A stretch of DNA of 63,134 nt from Gemmatimonadales bacterium (GTDB lineage Bacteria; Gemmatimonadota; Gemmatimonadetes; Gemmatimonadales; GWC2-71-9): NCBI GenBank assembly GCA_038205305.1, contig JBBRBZ010000004.1, positions 1 through 63,134 on the forward strand, given 5' to 3'. Below, piece by piece: positions 1 through 9,082 of this stretch (positions within the stretch are counted from its first letter, which is position 1; each line of letters starts with the position of its first letter). The translations under genes and the position numbers were made by a program. The notes beneath the pieces were generated by a model that was not told the DNA's origin, did not search any database, and worked only from the letters and a program-made list of their open reading frames with translations.

Positions 1-5
1 CTGGA

Positions 6-632
6 GTGCCCCGAATGACCCGTGCAGAGCGCTATCCGCTTCTGCTCCTCGCCATCGGCGTTGTTGCGCTGACCGGCTCGGCCATCGGCGCCTATTCCGA
101 GTCCACTTGGCTCATGGAGGTCTTCCCGATCTTCATCGTGCTGCCGATCCTGTGCGTCACCGCCAAGCGATTTCCACTGACGCCCATGCTCTACACCCTG
201 ATCCTGGTGCATGCGGTGATCCTCATGGTGGGCGGACACTGGACCTATGCGCGTGTCCCGGCCGGTCATTGGGTGGAACAACTGCTGGGCCTCTCCAGGA
301 ACCCATACGATCGCCTCGGGCATTTCGCCCAAGGGTTGGTTCCGGCCATTGCAGCCCGAGAAATTCTACGCCGGCGTCTCCAGCTCAAGAATGATGGCTG
401 GCTCTTCTTTCTGGTGTGCTGCATCTGTCTGGCGATCTCTGCATGTTATGAATTCATCGAATGGTGGACCGCCGTCGCCATGGGGAGTGGGGCTACAGAC
501 TTCCTCGGCACCCAGGGCGATCCGTGGGACACCCAGTGGGACATGTTCACCGCCCTCATCGGCAGCATCGTGGGCCAGCTGGTGCTGCGTCGCTGGCACG
601 AGCACCAGCTGCGGCATCTCGGGGTACCGTGA
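6..632 (+). CDS. DUF2238/YjdF-family integral membrane protein
   Basis: The 208-aa ORF has multiple hydrophobic helices. Motifs GGHWTYARVP, NPYDRLGHFAQG, YEFIEWW and GTQGDPWDTQWDM fit my recollection of the YjdF/DUF2238 family. The start is uncertain (GTG 6 or ATG 15). Confidence 0.65.
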   Translation: MPRMTRAERYPLLLLAIGVVALTGSAIGAYSESTWLMEVFPIFIVLPILCVTAKRFPLTPMLYTLILVHAVILMVGGHWTYARVPAGHWVEQLLGLSRNPYDRLGHFAQGLVPAIAAREILRRRLQLKNDGWLFFLVCCICLAISACYEFIEWWTAVAMGSGATDFLGTQGDPWDTQWDMFTALIGSIVGQLVLRRWHEHQLRHLGVP

Positions 633-634
633 CG

Positions 635-686
635 GGAGGATCGAGGTGACCTGCGCTCCGTTCCCGAATCTCCATCCTCCTTTTTT
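635..686 (+). terminator. Hairpin plus T6 tract between yjdF-like stop and pyrR start (terminator or pyr attenuator)
   Basis: GGAGGAT(c)GAGGT at 635-647 pairs with ATCTC(c)ATCCTCC at 668-680, about 12 bp with one mismatch. TTTTTT follows at 681-686, which is a rare T-run in this GC-rich DNA. Confidence 0.5.
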
Positions 687-713
687 CGTCCCCCGTGCTA
701 CTATTCGTCCTCG

Positions 714-1274
714 ATGCCAACCTCTACACGACTCCTCGACGCTCCAGCCATGGGGCGGGTCCTTGCGCGCATGGCGTCGGAACTGGTGGAGCGCACGGCA
801 GGCGGCGGCCCCGTGGTGCTGGTGGGGATCCAGCGCCGCGGCGTGCAACTCGCCGATCGCCTCGCCCAGCTCATCGAACCTCATCTTGCCGCACCGCTCC
901 GCCGTGGCACCCTCGACATCACCCTCTACCGCGATGACCTCTCTGCCATCGGCCAGCGCCCGGTGGTCCACGAGACCCGGTTGCCTCCTGATCTGGACGG
1001 CACCACAGTGGTGATCGTGGATGACGTCCTCTTCACGGGGCGCACCGTTCGTGCCGCCTTGGATGAAATCGCCGACTTCGGGCGGCCGCGCCGCATCCTC
1101 CTCGCGGTCCTGATTGACCGGGGCGGGCGCGAGTTGCCGATTGCCTCCGATGTCACCGGCCTCGCCGTGGCCACCAGCGCAGGCGATCAGGTGATCGTCT
1201 CCGTGCACGAGCTCGATGGACACGATGCCGTGGATCTCGCCCGACGCGATCCCGGCGAGCGAGGCGTCGCGTGA
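714..1274 (+). CDS. pyrR: Bifunctional pyrimidine operon regulator / uracil phosphoribosyltransferase PyrR
   Basis: It carries the PRTase PRPP loop [18 protein letters not shown] and the LVGIQRRG and ITLYRDD motifs typical of PyrR. It sits directly upstream of pyrB-pyrC. Confidence 0.9.
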   Translation: MPTSTRLLDAPAMGRVLARMASELVERTAGGGPVVLVGIQRRGVQLADRLAQLIEPHLAAPLRRGTLDITLYRDDLSAIGQRPVVHETRLPPDLDGTTVVIVDDVLFTGRTVRAALDEIADFGRPRRILLAVLIDRGGRELPIASDVTGLAVATSAGDQVIVSVHELDGHDAVDLARRDPGERGVA

Positions 1275-2230
1275 ACTCGGCCATTCTCGGGAAGGATCTG
1301 GTTGGACTCGAGCCGCTGAGCGGGGAACAGATCCGCGCGATCCTCGACACCGCCGAGCCATTCAAGGAGGTTTCGGAGCGGCAGATCAAGAAGGTCCCCG
1401 CGCTGCGCGGCAAGACCATCGTGAATCTCTTTTTCGAGGCGTCCACTCGCACACGAATCTCTTTCGAGTTCGCCGAGAAGCGGCTCTCCGCCGACACCGT
1501 CAATGTCCAGGCCGCCGGCTCCTCCATCTCCAAGGGGGAGACGCTGGTCGATACCGCGCGCAACCTCGAGGCAATGCGGATCGACATGGTCGTCATCCGG
1601 CACGGATCGAGCGGTGCGGCACAATTCCTCGGGCAACGAATCCAGTCCAATGTGATCAACGCCGGTGATGGCAAGCACGAGCACCCCACACAGGGACTGC
1701 TCGACCTGCTCACGCTGCGGGATCACTTCAAGGATCTCACTGGGTTGAAGGTCTGCATTGTCGGTGACGTCCTGCATTCGCGCGTGGCGCGGAGCAACAT
1801 CTGGGGACTCACCCGACTCGGCGCCGAAGTCGCGGTGTGCGGTCCGGCCACGCTCCTGCCGCGCGACATTTCCGAGCTCGGCGTAACCGTCTTCCGGCAT
1901 GTAGAAGAGGCGATTCAGTGGGCCGATGCACTCAACGTCCTCAGGCTCCAGCTGGAGCGGATGACCGCCGGCTTCATTCCCTCGCTCCGCGAATACAATC
2001 GCGTCTTCGGTGTCACCAACGAGCGACTGGCGCGCGCGCCGAAGGACATCCTCATCTTGCACCCCGGGCCGATGAATCGCGGCGTCGAGATCGACTCCGA
2101 TGTGGCCGACGGCCCGCACTCCGTGATTCTGCCCCAGGTGACCAATGGTGTCGCCGTGCGCATGGCGGTGCTCTACCTGCTCGCCGGTGGCTCACCCGAC
2201 TGGGCGACCGGTGGAGGCGATAACCCATGA
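1271..2230 (+). CDS. pyrB: Aspartate carbamoyltransferase catalytic subunit
   Basis: ATCase motifs are present: [17 protein letters not shown], and [11 protein letters not shown] for the HPLP-type region. The GTG start overlaps the pyrR stop (GTGA). Confidence 0.95.
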   Translation: MNSAILGKDLVGLEPLSGEQIRAILDTAEPFKEVSERQIKKVPALRGKTIVNLFFEASTRTRISFEFAEKRLSADTVNVQAAGSSISKGETLVDTARNLEAMRIDMVVIRHGSSGAAQFLGQRIQSNVINAGDGKHEHPTQGLLDLLTLRDHFKDLTGLKVCIVGDVLHSRVARSNIWGLTRLGAEVAVCGPATLLPRDISELGVTVFRHVEEAIQWADALNVLRLQLERMTAGFIPSLREYNRVFGVTNERLARAPKDILILHPGPMNRGVEIDSDVADGPHSVILPQVTNGVAVRMAVLYLLAGGSPDWATGGGDNP

Positions 2231-3516
2231 GACCGCTCCTGATTCGTGGTGGACACCTCGTCGACCCCTACCAGAAGCTCGACACCGTGGGCGACCTGTT
2301 GCTCATTGACGGAAAAGTTGCCGCCATCGGGGCAGGGGTCGGAACGCCGGATGACGCGGAGCTGGTCGATGCGACCGGCCTGATCGTCGCACCGGGACTG
2401 ATCGACGTGCACGTGCACCTGCGCGAGCCAGGCCAGGAGGATCGCGAGACCATCGCGACCGGTGCGGCCTCGGCGGTGGCGGGCGGCTTCACCGGCATCT
2501 GCGCCATGCCCAACACCGATCCCGTCATCGACAATCAGGGCGCCGTCGGCTTCGTGAAGGCGAAGGGCGAGGCCGCTGCGCTGGCGAGGGTCTATCCCAT
2601 CGGCTGCGTCTCGGTGGGGCAGCGTGGGGAACAGCTGGCGGAGTTCGGCGAGATGGTGGGCGCTGGTGCGGTCGCGGTGAGCGACGACGGTCACCCGATC
2701 ATGTCGAGCCACCTCATGCGCACCGCGATGGAGTATGCGCAGACCTTCGGTATCCCGGTGGCCGACCACTGCGAGGACATGTCGCTGGCCAAGGGCGGCC
2801 AGATGCACGAGGGACTGGTCTCCACGAGGCTCGGCCTCAAGGGGATCCCTGCGGCGGCTGAAGAAATCCACGTCGCGCGTGACATCATCTTGGCGGAACT
2901 CACTGGTGGCCACGTCCACCTCTGTCACATGAGCACCCGCGGGTCGGTCGAACTCATTCGCCGAGCCAAGGCGAAGGGACTGCGGGTGACGGCCGAGGCA
3001 GCGCCCCACCACTTCACCCTGACGCATGAGCGGTGTGAAGGCTACGACACCAACGCGAAGATGAATCCGCCATTGCGGGAGGCCGAGGATCGCGATGCGA
3101 TCCGCCAGGCGCTCGCCGATGGCACGCTCGACTGCATCGCCACCGATCACGCCCCGCATCACTATGATGCCAAGGAGCGGGAATTCGACGATGCGCCCAA
3201 CGGGATCATCGGACTCGAGACGGCACTCTCCCTGGCACTGAGAGAACTGGTCGCCCCGGGGCTGCTCACCCTCTCGACCCTGATTGAGCGGATGAGTCTC
3301 GCGCCGGCGACGCTCTGGCACCTTCCGGGTGGCTCGCTCCGGCAGGGGGGAGTAGCTGATGTCATCGCCTTCCACCCCACCCAGCCGTGGACCGTCGATC
3401 CGGCCCGGTTCCGATCGAAGTCCCGCAACACGCCATGGGGCGGGGAAATTCTGCCGGGACGGGTCCTGCTGACCGTCGTCGGCGGCCGGGTCGTTCATCG
3501 GGGTGCCGCGCTCTAG
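2227..3516 (+). CDS. pyrC: Dihydroorotase
   Basis: It has the amidohydrolase metal motif [10 protein letters not shown], and ATDHAPH and NPPLR motifs typical of class I dihydroorotase. An ATGA overlap links it to pyrB. Confidence 0.95.
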   Translation: MRPLLIRGGHLVDPYQKLDTVGDLLLIDGKVAAIGAGVGTPDDAELVDATGLIVAPGLIDVHVHLREPGQEDRETIATGAASAVAGGFTGICAMPNTDPVIDNQGAVGFVKAKGEAAALARVYPIGCVSVGQRGEQLAEFGEMVGAGAVAVSDDGHPIMSSHLMRTAMEYAQTFGIPVADHCEDMSLAKGGQMHEGLVSTRLGLKGIPAAAEEIHVARDIILAELTGGHVHLCHMSTRGSVELIRRAKAKGLRVTAEAAPHHFTLTHERCEGYDTNAKMNPPLREAEDRDAIRQALADGTLDCIATDHAPHHYDAKEREFDDAPNGIIGLETALSLALRELVAPGLLTLSTLIERMSLAPATLWHLPGGSLRQGGVADVIAFHPTQPWTVDPARFRSKSRNTPWGGEILPGRVLLTVVGGRVVHRGAAL

Positions 3517-3602
3517 CTCGCACCCCCGTTCGGCCGATATACATTAGGTGAATCCCGCGCCGTGGCACTCCGCCCCGGCCTCCTCAGTTCTTCCGCGTCC
3601 GG

Positions 3603-4721
3603 ATGGCAATGAGCGACACGCCTGGAGAAAACGATTCCGTCGAACAGCTGCTGACTGAGCGGGACGCCCTGCATGGCTGGCTGAGGCGGCTTGATGCCGC
3701 GTCGGTAACGGCCTCCAGCGGGGTCCGCGACCGGGTGCGGCGGGACTATCAAGACCGCCTCGACCGCCTGACGGAATCGCTGCGCCAGCACGGCGATGCG
3801 ATGGAGTCGAAGCTCGCTGCCGATCAGGCCGAGTTCTCGGAGCTTTCCGCCCGCACCGATACCTCGCGTGATGCCCTGGCCGAGGTCGAGCTGCGCCATG
3901 CGGTGGGCGAATACCCTGGTGACCGCTATGAGTCGGAACGACGACAGCACCTAAGCGACATCGAGACCTTCGAACTTTCGCTGGCGGCGGTGAACGAGCG
4001 CCTCGACCGGATGGAGGAGGTCCTCGCGCTGGTGCGGCGGCCGCCGGGCGTCGAGCCCTTGCCGACCGGGAACACCGCCGAGGGCGGGCGGAGTGAATCG
4101 TTCACGGACGAACGCACCTCGATCCTCGACCTTGCCCCGGATGAAGCTTCACCGGAACCTGAGAGCGTCGCGCACGAGTCGATTGAAATCGTCGAATCGA
4201 TCGAGGTGATCGAATCGGTGGAGATCGGTACCCTCGCCCCGGAGGATGACTCCGATCAGCTCCTCTCGGTGTTCGATGAGGACGCCGCGCCGGATTCCAT
4301 GCCCGCCGACGAGCCGTCGGCGAGAGAGGTCGAACCGGTCACCTCCGAATTCGGGCCGTTGTCGTTTCGCCCCTCCGGTGCCGCGCCGGCGAGCGAGGCG
4401 CCCGCAATCGGGATGCCGACAAACCTCCCCCCGCGATTCATTCGCCCGGGCGATCGATTGAGGCCGACAGCCCCGGCGTGGCCCTCGGTTGCCTCGACGG
4501 CGTCCAGTGAGCCGATTCCGGAATCCACCACCATGCCCCAACCCGTGCCGCCCCTCGGTGAGGAGGAGGAGATCTTCAGCGAGGAGATTGTGGCCACCGG
4601 GCCGGCACCCACGGCCGGTGCCGGCGTGACGCGTACCCTTCGCTGCGGCGAATGCGGGGCGATGAATCGGCCGCTGGAGTGGTATTGCGAGAAGTGCGGA
4701 GCAGAACTGACCGCAGTGTGA
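3603..4721 (+). CDS. Hypothetical coiled-coil / acidic low-complexity protein with C-terminal zinc ribbon
   Basis: The 372-aa ORF has a heptad-like N-terminus rich in charged residues (aa ~10-145) and an acidic, Pro-rich middle. The C-terminus reads CGECGAMNRPLEWYCEKCG (CxxC-N10-CxxC). Confidence 0.6.
   Translation: MAMSDTPGENDSVEQLLTERDALHGWLRRLDAASVTASSGVRDRVRRDYQDRLDRLTESLRQHGDAMESKLAADQAEFSELSARTDTSRDALAEVELRHAVGEYPGDRYESERRQHLSDIETFELSLAAVNERLDRMEEVLALVRRPPGVEPLPTGNTAEGGRSESFTDERTSILDLAPDEASPEPESVAHESIEIVESIEVIESVEIGTLAPEDDSDQLLSVFDEDAAPDSMPADEPSAREVEPVTSEFGPLSFRPSGAAPASEAPAIGMPTNLPPRFIRPGDRLRPTAPAWPSVASTASSEPIPESTTMPQPVPPLGEEEEIFSEEIVATGPAPTAGAGVTRTLRCGECGAMNRPLEWYCEKCGAELTAV
4176..4226 (+). 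repeat. In-frame imperfect tandem repeat encoding ESIEIV-ESIEVI-ESVEI
   Basis: Three roughly 18-bp units (gagtcgattgaaatcgtc / gaatcgatcgaggtgatc / gaatcggtggagatc) lie inside the CDS 3603-4721. Confidence 0.7.
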
Positions 4722-4725
4722 GTCG

Positions 4726-5832
4726 GTGATCCTGCCGGGGCCGTTCAGCGCCTCAACACGATCCATGGCGAGGGTGTTCGGGGCGTCGCTCGCGACGCTA
4801 CTGTTGGCGTGGATACCCGCCTCGGCGCAATCGGTGCAGGGACGGGTGCTCGACGGCAAGAGCGACCTGCCGCTCCCGGGGGCACTGGTCGAGTTGCGGG
4901 ACACCACCAATCACGTGCTCATTGCGAGAATCACCACTCCCAGTGGGCGCTTTCAGTTTGTTGCCCCAGAAGTCGGTCGCTACTTGCTCCGGGTTGTTGC
5001 CATCGGGTACACCCCGAGACCTATCAGCTCCCTACAGGTTGGCGTCGAGGGGCTGTCGCTTCCCGACCTCACTCTCACGCCGATGTCAGTGCGACTCCCC
5101 GACCTCATCGTCGTCGCCCGCCAACGCTTCTGTGGCAAGACGGGCTTCTCCGATGAGGTCTTCAGTCAGCTGCTGGAGAGCGCTCGCTCGGCCCTTCAGG
5201 TGATCGAGGCGACGATCCAGTCCCGCCAGATCGGCTTTCAGGTTGCCATCGTCAACTCGCGCATCTTGTACGGGTCGGTCAACAACTTCATCACCGCTGA
5301 TACCGTCGTCCGGAATCTGGCCGCCTGGCCGGTCCGGAGTGTCCCCGCGGACACGCTGCAGCGGTATGGCTTCGGGCGAGAGAAACAGCCGGGTGTCGAG
5401 GGCAGCAGGGAGTACTACGGCCCCGATCCCCAGGTGCTCTTCTCGGACTGGTTCCTCGCCGGCCACTGCTTCACGCTCGACAAGGTCAAGAAGGGGAGCG
5501 ACACGCTCCATGTTCGCTTTGCGCCGCTGCGGAAGGGGAAGAAGATCGACATCAGGGGCGAGCTGATGCTTGATGCCCACAACCTCTCGCTCCAGGCCAT
5601 GACGTTCGGCCATACCAACCTCCCCAACTGGATGCCGGAGGAGGCGTCGGGCGGGGAGATGCAGTTCTACCGCCTGTCGAACGGGCTCTGGGTGTCACGC
5701 GCCTGGGCGATTTGGGCCCCGATCGCGGGGCTTTCCTGGAATGGCGACGGCATGGTCCCCTCCACGGCCGGGCTGGCCGAGTTGCGGGGGATGGTGACCC
5801 GGATGTTCGTGGATACCACCGAGAACCACTAG
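4726..5832 (+). CDS. Secreted carboxypeptidase-regulatory-like (CarboxypepD_reg) domain protein
   Basis: A signal peptide MARVFGASLATLLLAWIPASAQS suggests a start at ATG 4765. It is followed by VQGRVLDGKSDLPLPGALVEL..GRFQF..PEVGRYLLRVVAIGY, a typical CarboxypepD_reg beta-sandwich signature. Confidence 0.65.
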   Translation: MILPGPFSASTRSMARVFGASLATLLLAWIPASAQSVQGRVLDGKSDLPLPGALVELRDTTNHVLIARITTPSGRFQFVAPEVGRYLLRVVAIGYTPRPISSLQVGVEGLSLPDLTLTPMSVRLPDLIVVARQRFCGKTGFSDEVFSQLLESARSALQVIEATIQSRQIGFQVAIVNSRILYGSVNNFITADTVVRNLAAWPVRSVPADTLQRYGFGREKQPGVEGSREYYGPDPQVLFSDWFLAGHCFTLDKVKKGSDTLHVRFAPLRKGKKIDIRGELMLDAHNLSLQAMTFGHTNLPNWMPEEASGGEMQFYRLSNGLWVSRAWAIWAPIAGLSWNGDGMVPSTAGLAELRGMVTRMFVDTTENH

Positions 5833-5844
5833 CCCGCAAAAAGA

Positions 5845-5864
5845 GCCCCGGCAGCTGCCGGGGC
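5845..5864. terminator. Bidirectional terminator hairpin between convergent genes
   Basis: A perfect 20-nt palindrome GCCCCGGCAGCTGCCGGGGC is flanked by AAAAA upstream (a U-tract for the minus-strand rpsT) and CCTTT downstream. Confidence 0.55.
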
Positions 5865-5892
5865 CCTTTGGGCGAATCCCTGTGGCAGCGGA

Positions 5893-6168
5893 TCAGCTCT
5901 TGGCGGTGACCAGCTTGGCGGTGACCAGCTTGGCGAGGCGGCTCTTGGTGCGGGCTGCGGTGTTCCGGTGCACCAGGTTCTTCCGGCCAGCACGATCGAT
6001 CTGCGACTCGGCCTGCTTGAGGGCGGCCTGCGCCTCCTCACCAGTGCCAGCGGAGCGCACCTTCTTGATCACAGTGCGCAGCTCGCTCCGTGCAGCCTTG
6101 TTGTGGGCCGTACGGGTCTTGGTCTGGCGCATGCGCTTCTTGGCGGACTTGATGCGCGGCACGGACAT
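5893..6168 (-). CDS. rpsT: 30S ribosomal protein S20
   Basis: An internal ATG at 6168 gives the 91-aa protein MSVPRIKSAKKRMRQTKTRTAHNKAARSELRT..., a canonical S20 N-terminus. The longer 162-aa ORF extension has no S20 counterpart. Confidence 0.9.
   Translation of the reverse strand: MSVPRIKSAKKRMRQTKTRTAHNKAARSELRTVIKKVRSAGTGEEAQAALKQAESQIDRAGRKNLVHRNTAARTKSRLAKLVTAKLVTAKS
5896..5940 (-). repeat. 15-bp tandem duplication at the rpsT 3' end (AKLVT x2.5)
   Basis: cagcttggcggtgac at 5911-5925 is preceded by a 12/15 copy (5896-5910) and followed by a partial copy (5926-5940). The protein therefore ends ...LAKLVTAKLVTAKS. Confidence 0.7.
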
Positions 6169-6218
6169 CCTCGGAGTCGGGTCATGACCATAGGGGGACT
6201 TCGCCCCCGGAACAAGCC

Positions 6219-7031
6219 ATGAAGAATAGCAGGGGAGGGGCTGCTCGACAAGCGGGACCGCCAACGCCACACTTTGACGCACCCCCCGTCGGGTGGCTAG
6301 TTTCACCCCCCTTACCCCTCCCAGGAGCGCGTCCCCTGCTGCAGGACTTCCTCCTCGCCCTTCCGATGCTCCTCTTCGCACTCGTGGCGCACGAATACGC
6401 CCACGGCTGGGCGGCGCTCCAGCAGGGCGATGACACGGCCTACAAGCTCGGGCGGCTGACTCTGAATCCGCTGCCGCACATCGACCCGATCATGACCCTG
6501 GCCCTGCCGGCCTTTCTCTGGTTTATCTCGGCGGGCCGCTTCACCTTCGGTGGAGCCAAGCCGATCCCGGTCATCACCAGGAATTTCCGGAACTATGTCC
6601 GGGGTGACCTGATCGTCTCCAGTGCGGGCATCGTCACGAACGTGTTGTTGGCGATTGCTTCCGGGGTGCTCTTTGTCCTGGCGGGGCTGCTGCACCGCGC
6701 CGTGGGACAACTCGGCACCTCCTCGGTCGATACCGCTCAGCGCATGCTCAGCTGGTCGATCCACCTCAACCTGATTCTCGCCTCCTTCAACCTGATCCCG
6801 ATTCCGCCGCTCGACGGCTCCCGGCTCTTCTACCACGCCCTCCCGGCGACATGGGGCGCCTGGTACCGTTCCATGGAGCGATTTGGCTTCATCCCGCTGA
6901 TGGTGCTGATCTATTTCGCCCCTCAGCTTCTCAATACCCTGCTCACGCCGGCGATCGCTGGGGAGAATGCCATCTTCAGGATGGTCCTCCCCTTCGCTGT
7001 TGGTGACGGATGGAACATCTTTAGCCGATGA
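6219..7031 (+). CDS. Site-2 protease family (peptidase M50) membrane metalloprotease
   Basis: It has HEYAH (HExxH) in a TM helix and the NLIPIPPLDGSR (NxxPxxxLDG) motif. The true start is probably downstream of 6219, because only 50 nt separate it from the divergent rpsT. Confidence 0.8.
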   Translation: MKNSRGGAARQAGPPTPHFDAPPVGWLVSPPLPLPGARPLLQDFLLALPMLLFALVAHEYAHGWAALQQGDDTAYKLGRLTLNPLPHIDPIMTLALPAFLWFISAGRFTFGGAKPIPVITRNFRNYVRGDLIVSSAGIVTNVLLAIASGVLFVLAGLLHRAVGQLGTSSVDTAQRMLSWSIHLNLILASFNLIPIPPLDGSRLFYHALPATWGAWYRSMERFGFIPLMVLIYFAPQLLNTLLTPAIAGENAIFRMVLPFAVGDGWNIFSR

Positions 7032-7789
7032 CTACTTCGTTTGAACCGAGTGCGGTGGAAGGATTCGGCACTGTGGCCGGCTTCGTCGTCGCCCTTGATG
7101 GCTTCACCGGGCCTCTCGACCTCCTCCTGCACCTGGTGCGCGAGGAGCAGATCGACATCGCCGATATCCCCATCGCTCGGGTCGCCGACCAGTTTCTGGC
7201 GGCCATCCACGTGCTGGGGCTGAATCAGGCGGCCGACTACCTTGAGATGGCCGGACGCCTGATCCGGTTGAAGGTGCAGATGCTGATGCCGCGGGGCGGC
7301 GACGATGACAGCTGGGAGGATCCGCGCGCGGAGCTGGTCCGTCGGCTGCTCGAGTATCAGCAGATCAAGGAGATCGCCCAATGGATGTCGGGGCAGGCCG
7401 AGCGTCGCGCACTGCGGCTGGCGCGCGGCTACCTCCCGCCGCCGCCGGAACTGCCACCGCTGCCACTGACGCTCGACATCATGGACCTGCTTGTCGCTGT
7501 CGAGCGAGTCATCACCAACATTCCCTCACCCGTCCTGCATCGGGTCATCACCCGGCCGCTGGATGTCGAGGGTGCTGTACGTCGCATCGAAACCCTGCTC
7601 GAGGCTCGCGGCGAGTTCAACTGGCGTGAGGCATTCTCTGCCAACCCCACCATCGTTGAGGTCCTCTCCGTGCTGCTCGCGCTGCTCGAACTCGCGCGTC
7701 GTGGCATCTGCCGTCTCCGTCAAGAAGCTTCCTTTGGCCCACTGGTGATTGCCCGTGAATCCGCTTCCACCGTTGTCGCAGCTCATTGA
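7028..7789 (+). CDS. scpA: Segregation and condensation protein A
   Basis: FxGPLDLLLHLVREEQIDIADIPIARVADQFL is a typical ScpA N-terminus. It is followed by scpB. Confidence 0.9.
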   Translation: MTTSFEPSAVEGFGTVAGFVVALDGFTGPLDLLLHLVREEQIDIADIPIARVADQFLAAIHVLGLNQAADYLEMAGRLIRLKVQMLMPRGGDDDSWEDPRAELVRRLLEYQQIKEIAQWMSGQAERRALRLARGYLPPPPELPPLPLTLDIMDLLVAVERVITNIPSPVLHRVITRPLDVEGAVRRIETLLEARGEFNWREAFSANPTIVEVLSVLLALLELARRGICRLRQEASFGPLVIARESASTVVAAH

Positions 7790-8348
7790 GGCCGCGCTCT
7801 TCGCGTCCAACCGTCCCCTCACGCTCGACGAGCTCGAGGGGCTGGAACCCGAGGCCACCCCGGCCGAGTTCCGCACGGCGCTTGACCAGCTCCGGGAACA
7901 GTACGAGTTCGCCGGACACGCCGTCGAGATCGTTGAACTGGCCGGCGGCTACCAGATCCTGACCCGCGCCGCCTTCGCGGCGGCCGTGGAGCGCGCCCAC
8001 GCCATGCAGCGGCAGCCCCGGCTTTCCGCCGCCACGCTCGAGACCCTCGCCACCATCGCCTATCGACAACCGGTGGGTCGGGCCGAGATCGAAGAGATTC
8101 GCGGCGTGAATGCTGGCGGCGTGCTGCGCACGCTGCAGGAGCGTGGGCTGATCGAGGTGGTTGGGCGAGGCGAGGGGTTGGGACGCCCGCTGCTCTACGG
8201 CACCACGCCGCTCTTCCTCGAGCTGCTGGGCCTGCGGGACATCACCGACCTGCCTCGCGCCGAGGAACTCACCATTGCGCTGCAACCACACAAGGTCGAG
8301 CCCGACGATGCAGCGGACGGCGCCCTGGCCTCCGTCGAGGAAGGCTGA
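7749..8348 (+). CDS. scpB: Segregation and condensation protein B
   Basis: IEAALFAS..PLTLDEL, LSxAxLETLAIIAYRQPVxRAEIEEIRGV and LxERGLI are typical ScpB winged-helix motifs. The start could be TTG 7749 or GTG 7755. Confidence 0.9.
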   Translation: MPVNPLPPLSQLIEAALFASNRPLTLDELEGLEPEATPAEFRTALDQLREQYEFAGHAVEIVELAGGYQILTRAAFAAAVERAHAMQRQPRLSAATLETLATIAYRQPVGRAEIEEIRGVNAGGVLRTLQERGLIEVVGRGEGLGRPLLYGTTPLFLELLGLRDITDLPRAEELTIALQPHKVEPDDAADGALASVEEG

Positions 8349-9082
8349 TGTCGCCGATGCGTTTGCAGCGCTTTCTCGCCCGGGCCGGCGTCGCCTCCCG
8401 GCGCCAGGCCGAGGAACTCATTCGCTCGGGGCAGGTAAAGGTCGACGGCAAGGTGGCCGAGATCGGCATGTCGGTCGAACCGGGCACGTCCCGGGTGACC
8501 GTCGGGCGCAAGGTCATCTCGCTGGTGGAGCGCCGCTGGATCGCGATCCACAAGCCGCTCGGCGTCGTGACCACGGCCGATGACGAGCAGGGCCGTCGCA
8601 CCGTCTTCGACCTGATCAAGGACTCCAAGGGACTCACCTACGTGGGTCGCCTCGACGTCGCGACGACCGGGCTCCTGCTGCTCACCACCGATGGCGAAGC
8701 GGTGCACCGGCTGACGCATCCCAAGTATCGCGTGCCACGCAGCTACATCGCGCTGGTACACGGCATCGACACCGCCGAACTCGCGCGCCGGTCGCAGGGT
8801 GAGGTGACAGTGGATGATCGCCCGGTCGTCCCCACCCGCGTGAAGGTGAAACCGGGACGCGATGGCCGGAGTATTCTGGAAGTCACCCTGATGGAAGGGC
8901 GCAACCGGATTGTCCGCCGTTGGGTCGAGGCGATGGGGGCCAAGGTCGAACGTCTCGCCCGCGTGTCGTACGGGCCGGTGCGCCTCGACGACCTCCCCGT
9001 GGGGGGCTGGCGTCCGCTGACCACCACGGAACAGCGCGCCATCTATCGCGCGATTGGCATGACTTCCGAGGAGGAAGAGTGA
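8348..9082 (+). CDS. rluB: Pseudouridine synthase, RsuA/RluB family
   Basis: It has an N-terminal S4 domain (MRLQRFLARAGVASRRQAEELIRSGQVKVDG) and the catalytic motif GRLDVATTGLLLLTTDGE. The scpA-scpB-rluB synteny matches many bacteria. Confidence 0.85.
   Translation: MSPMRLQRFLARAGVASRRQAEELIRSGQVKVDGKVAEIGMSVEPGTSRVTVGRKVISLVERRWIAIHKPLGVVTTADDEQGRRTVFDLIKDSKGLTYVGRLDVATTGLLLLTTDGEAVHRLTHPKYRVPRSYIALVHGIDTAELARRSQGEVTVDDRPVVPTRVKVKPGRDGRSILEVTLMEGRNRIVRRWVEAMGAKVERLARVSYGPVRLDDLPVGGWRPLTTTEQRAIYRAIGMTSEEEE

Noticed and set aside
8920-9078. An N-terminal extension of the MoxR ORF (ATG 8920) giving a 369-aa protein.
   Set aside because: The extension lies wholly inside rluB in another frame and is Arg/Gly-rich. 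The in-frame GTG at 9079, overlapping the rluB stop, gives a normal 316-aa MoxR protein.
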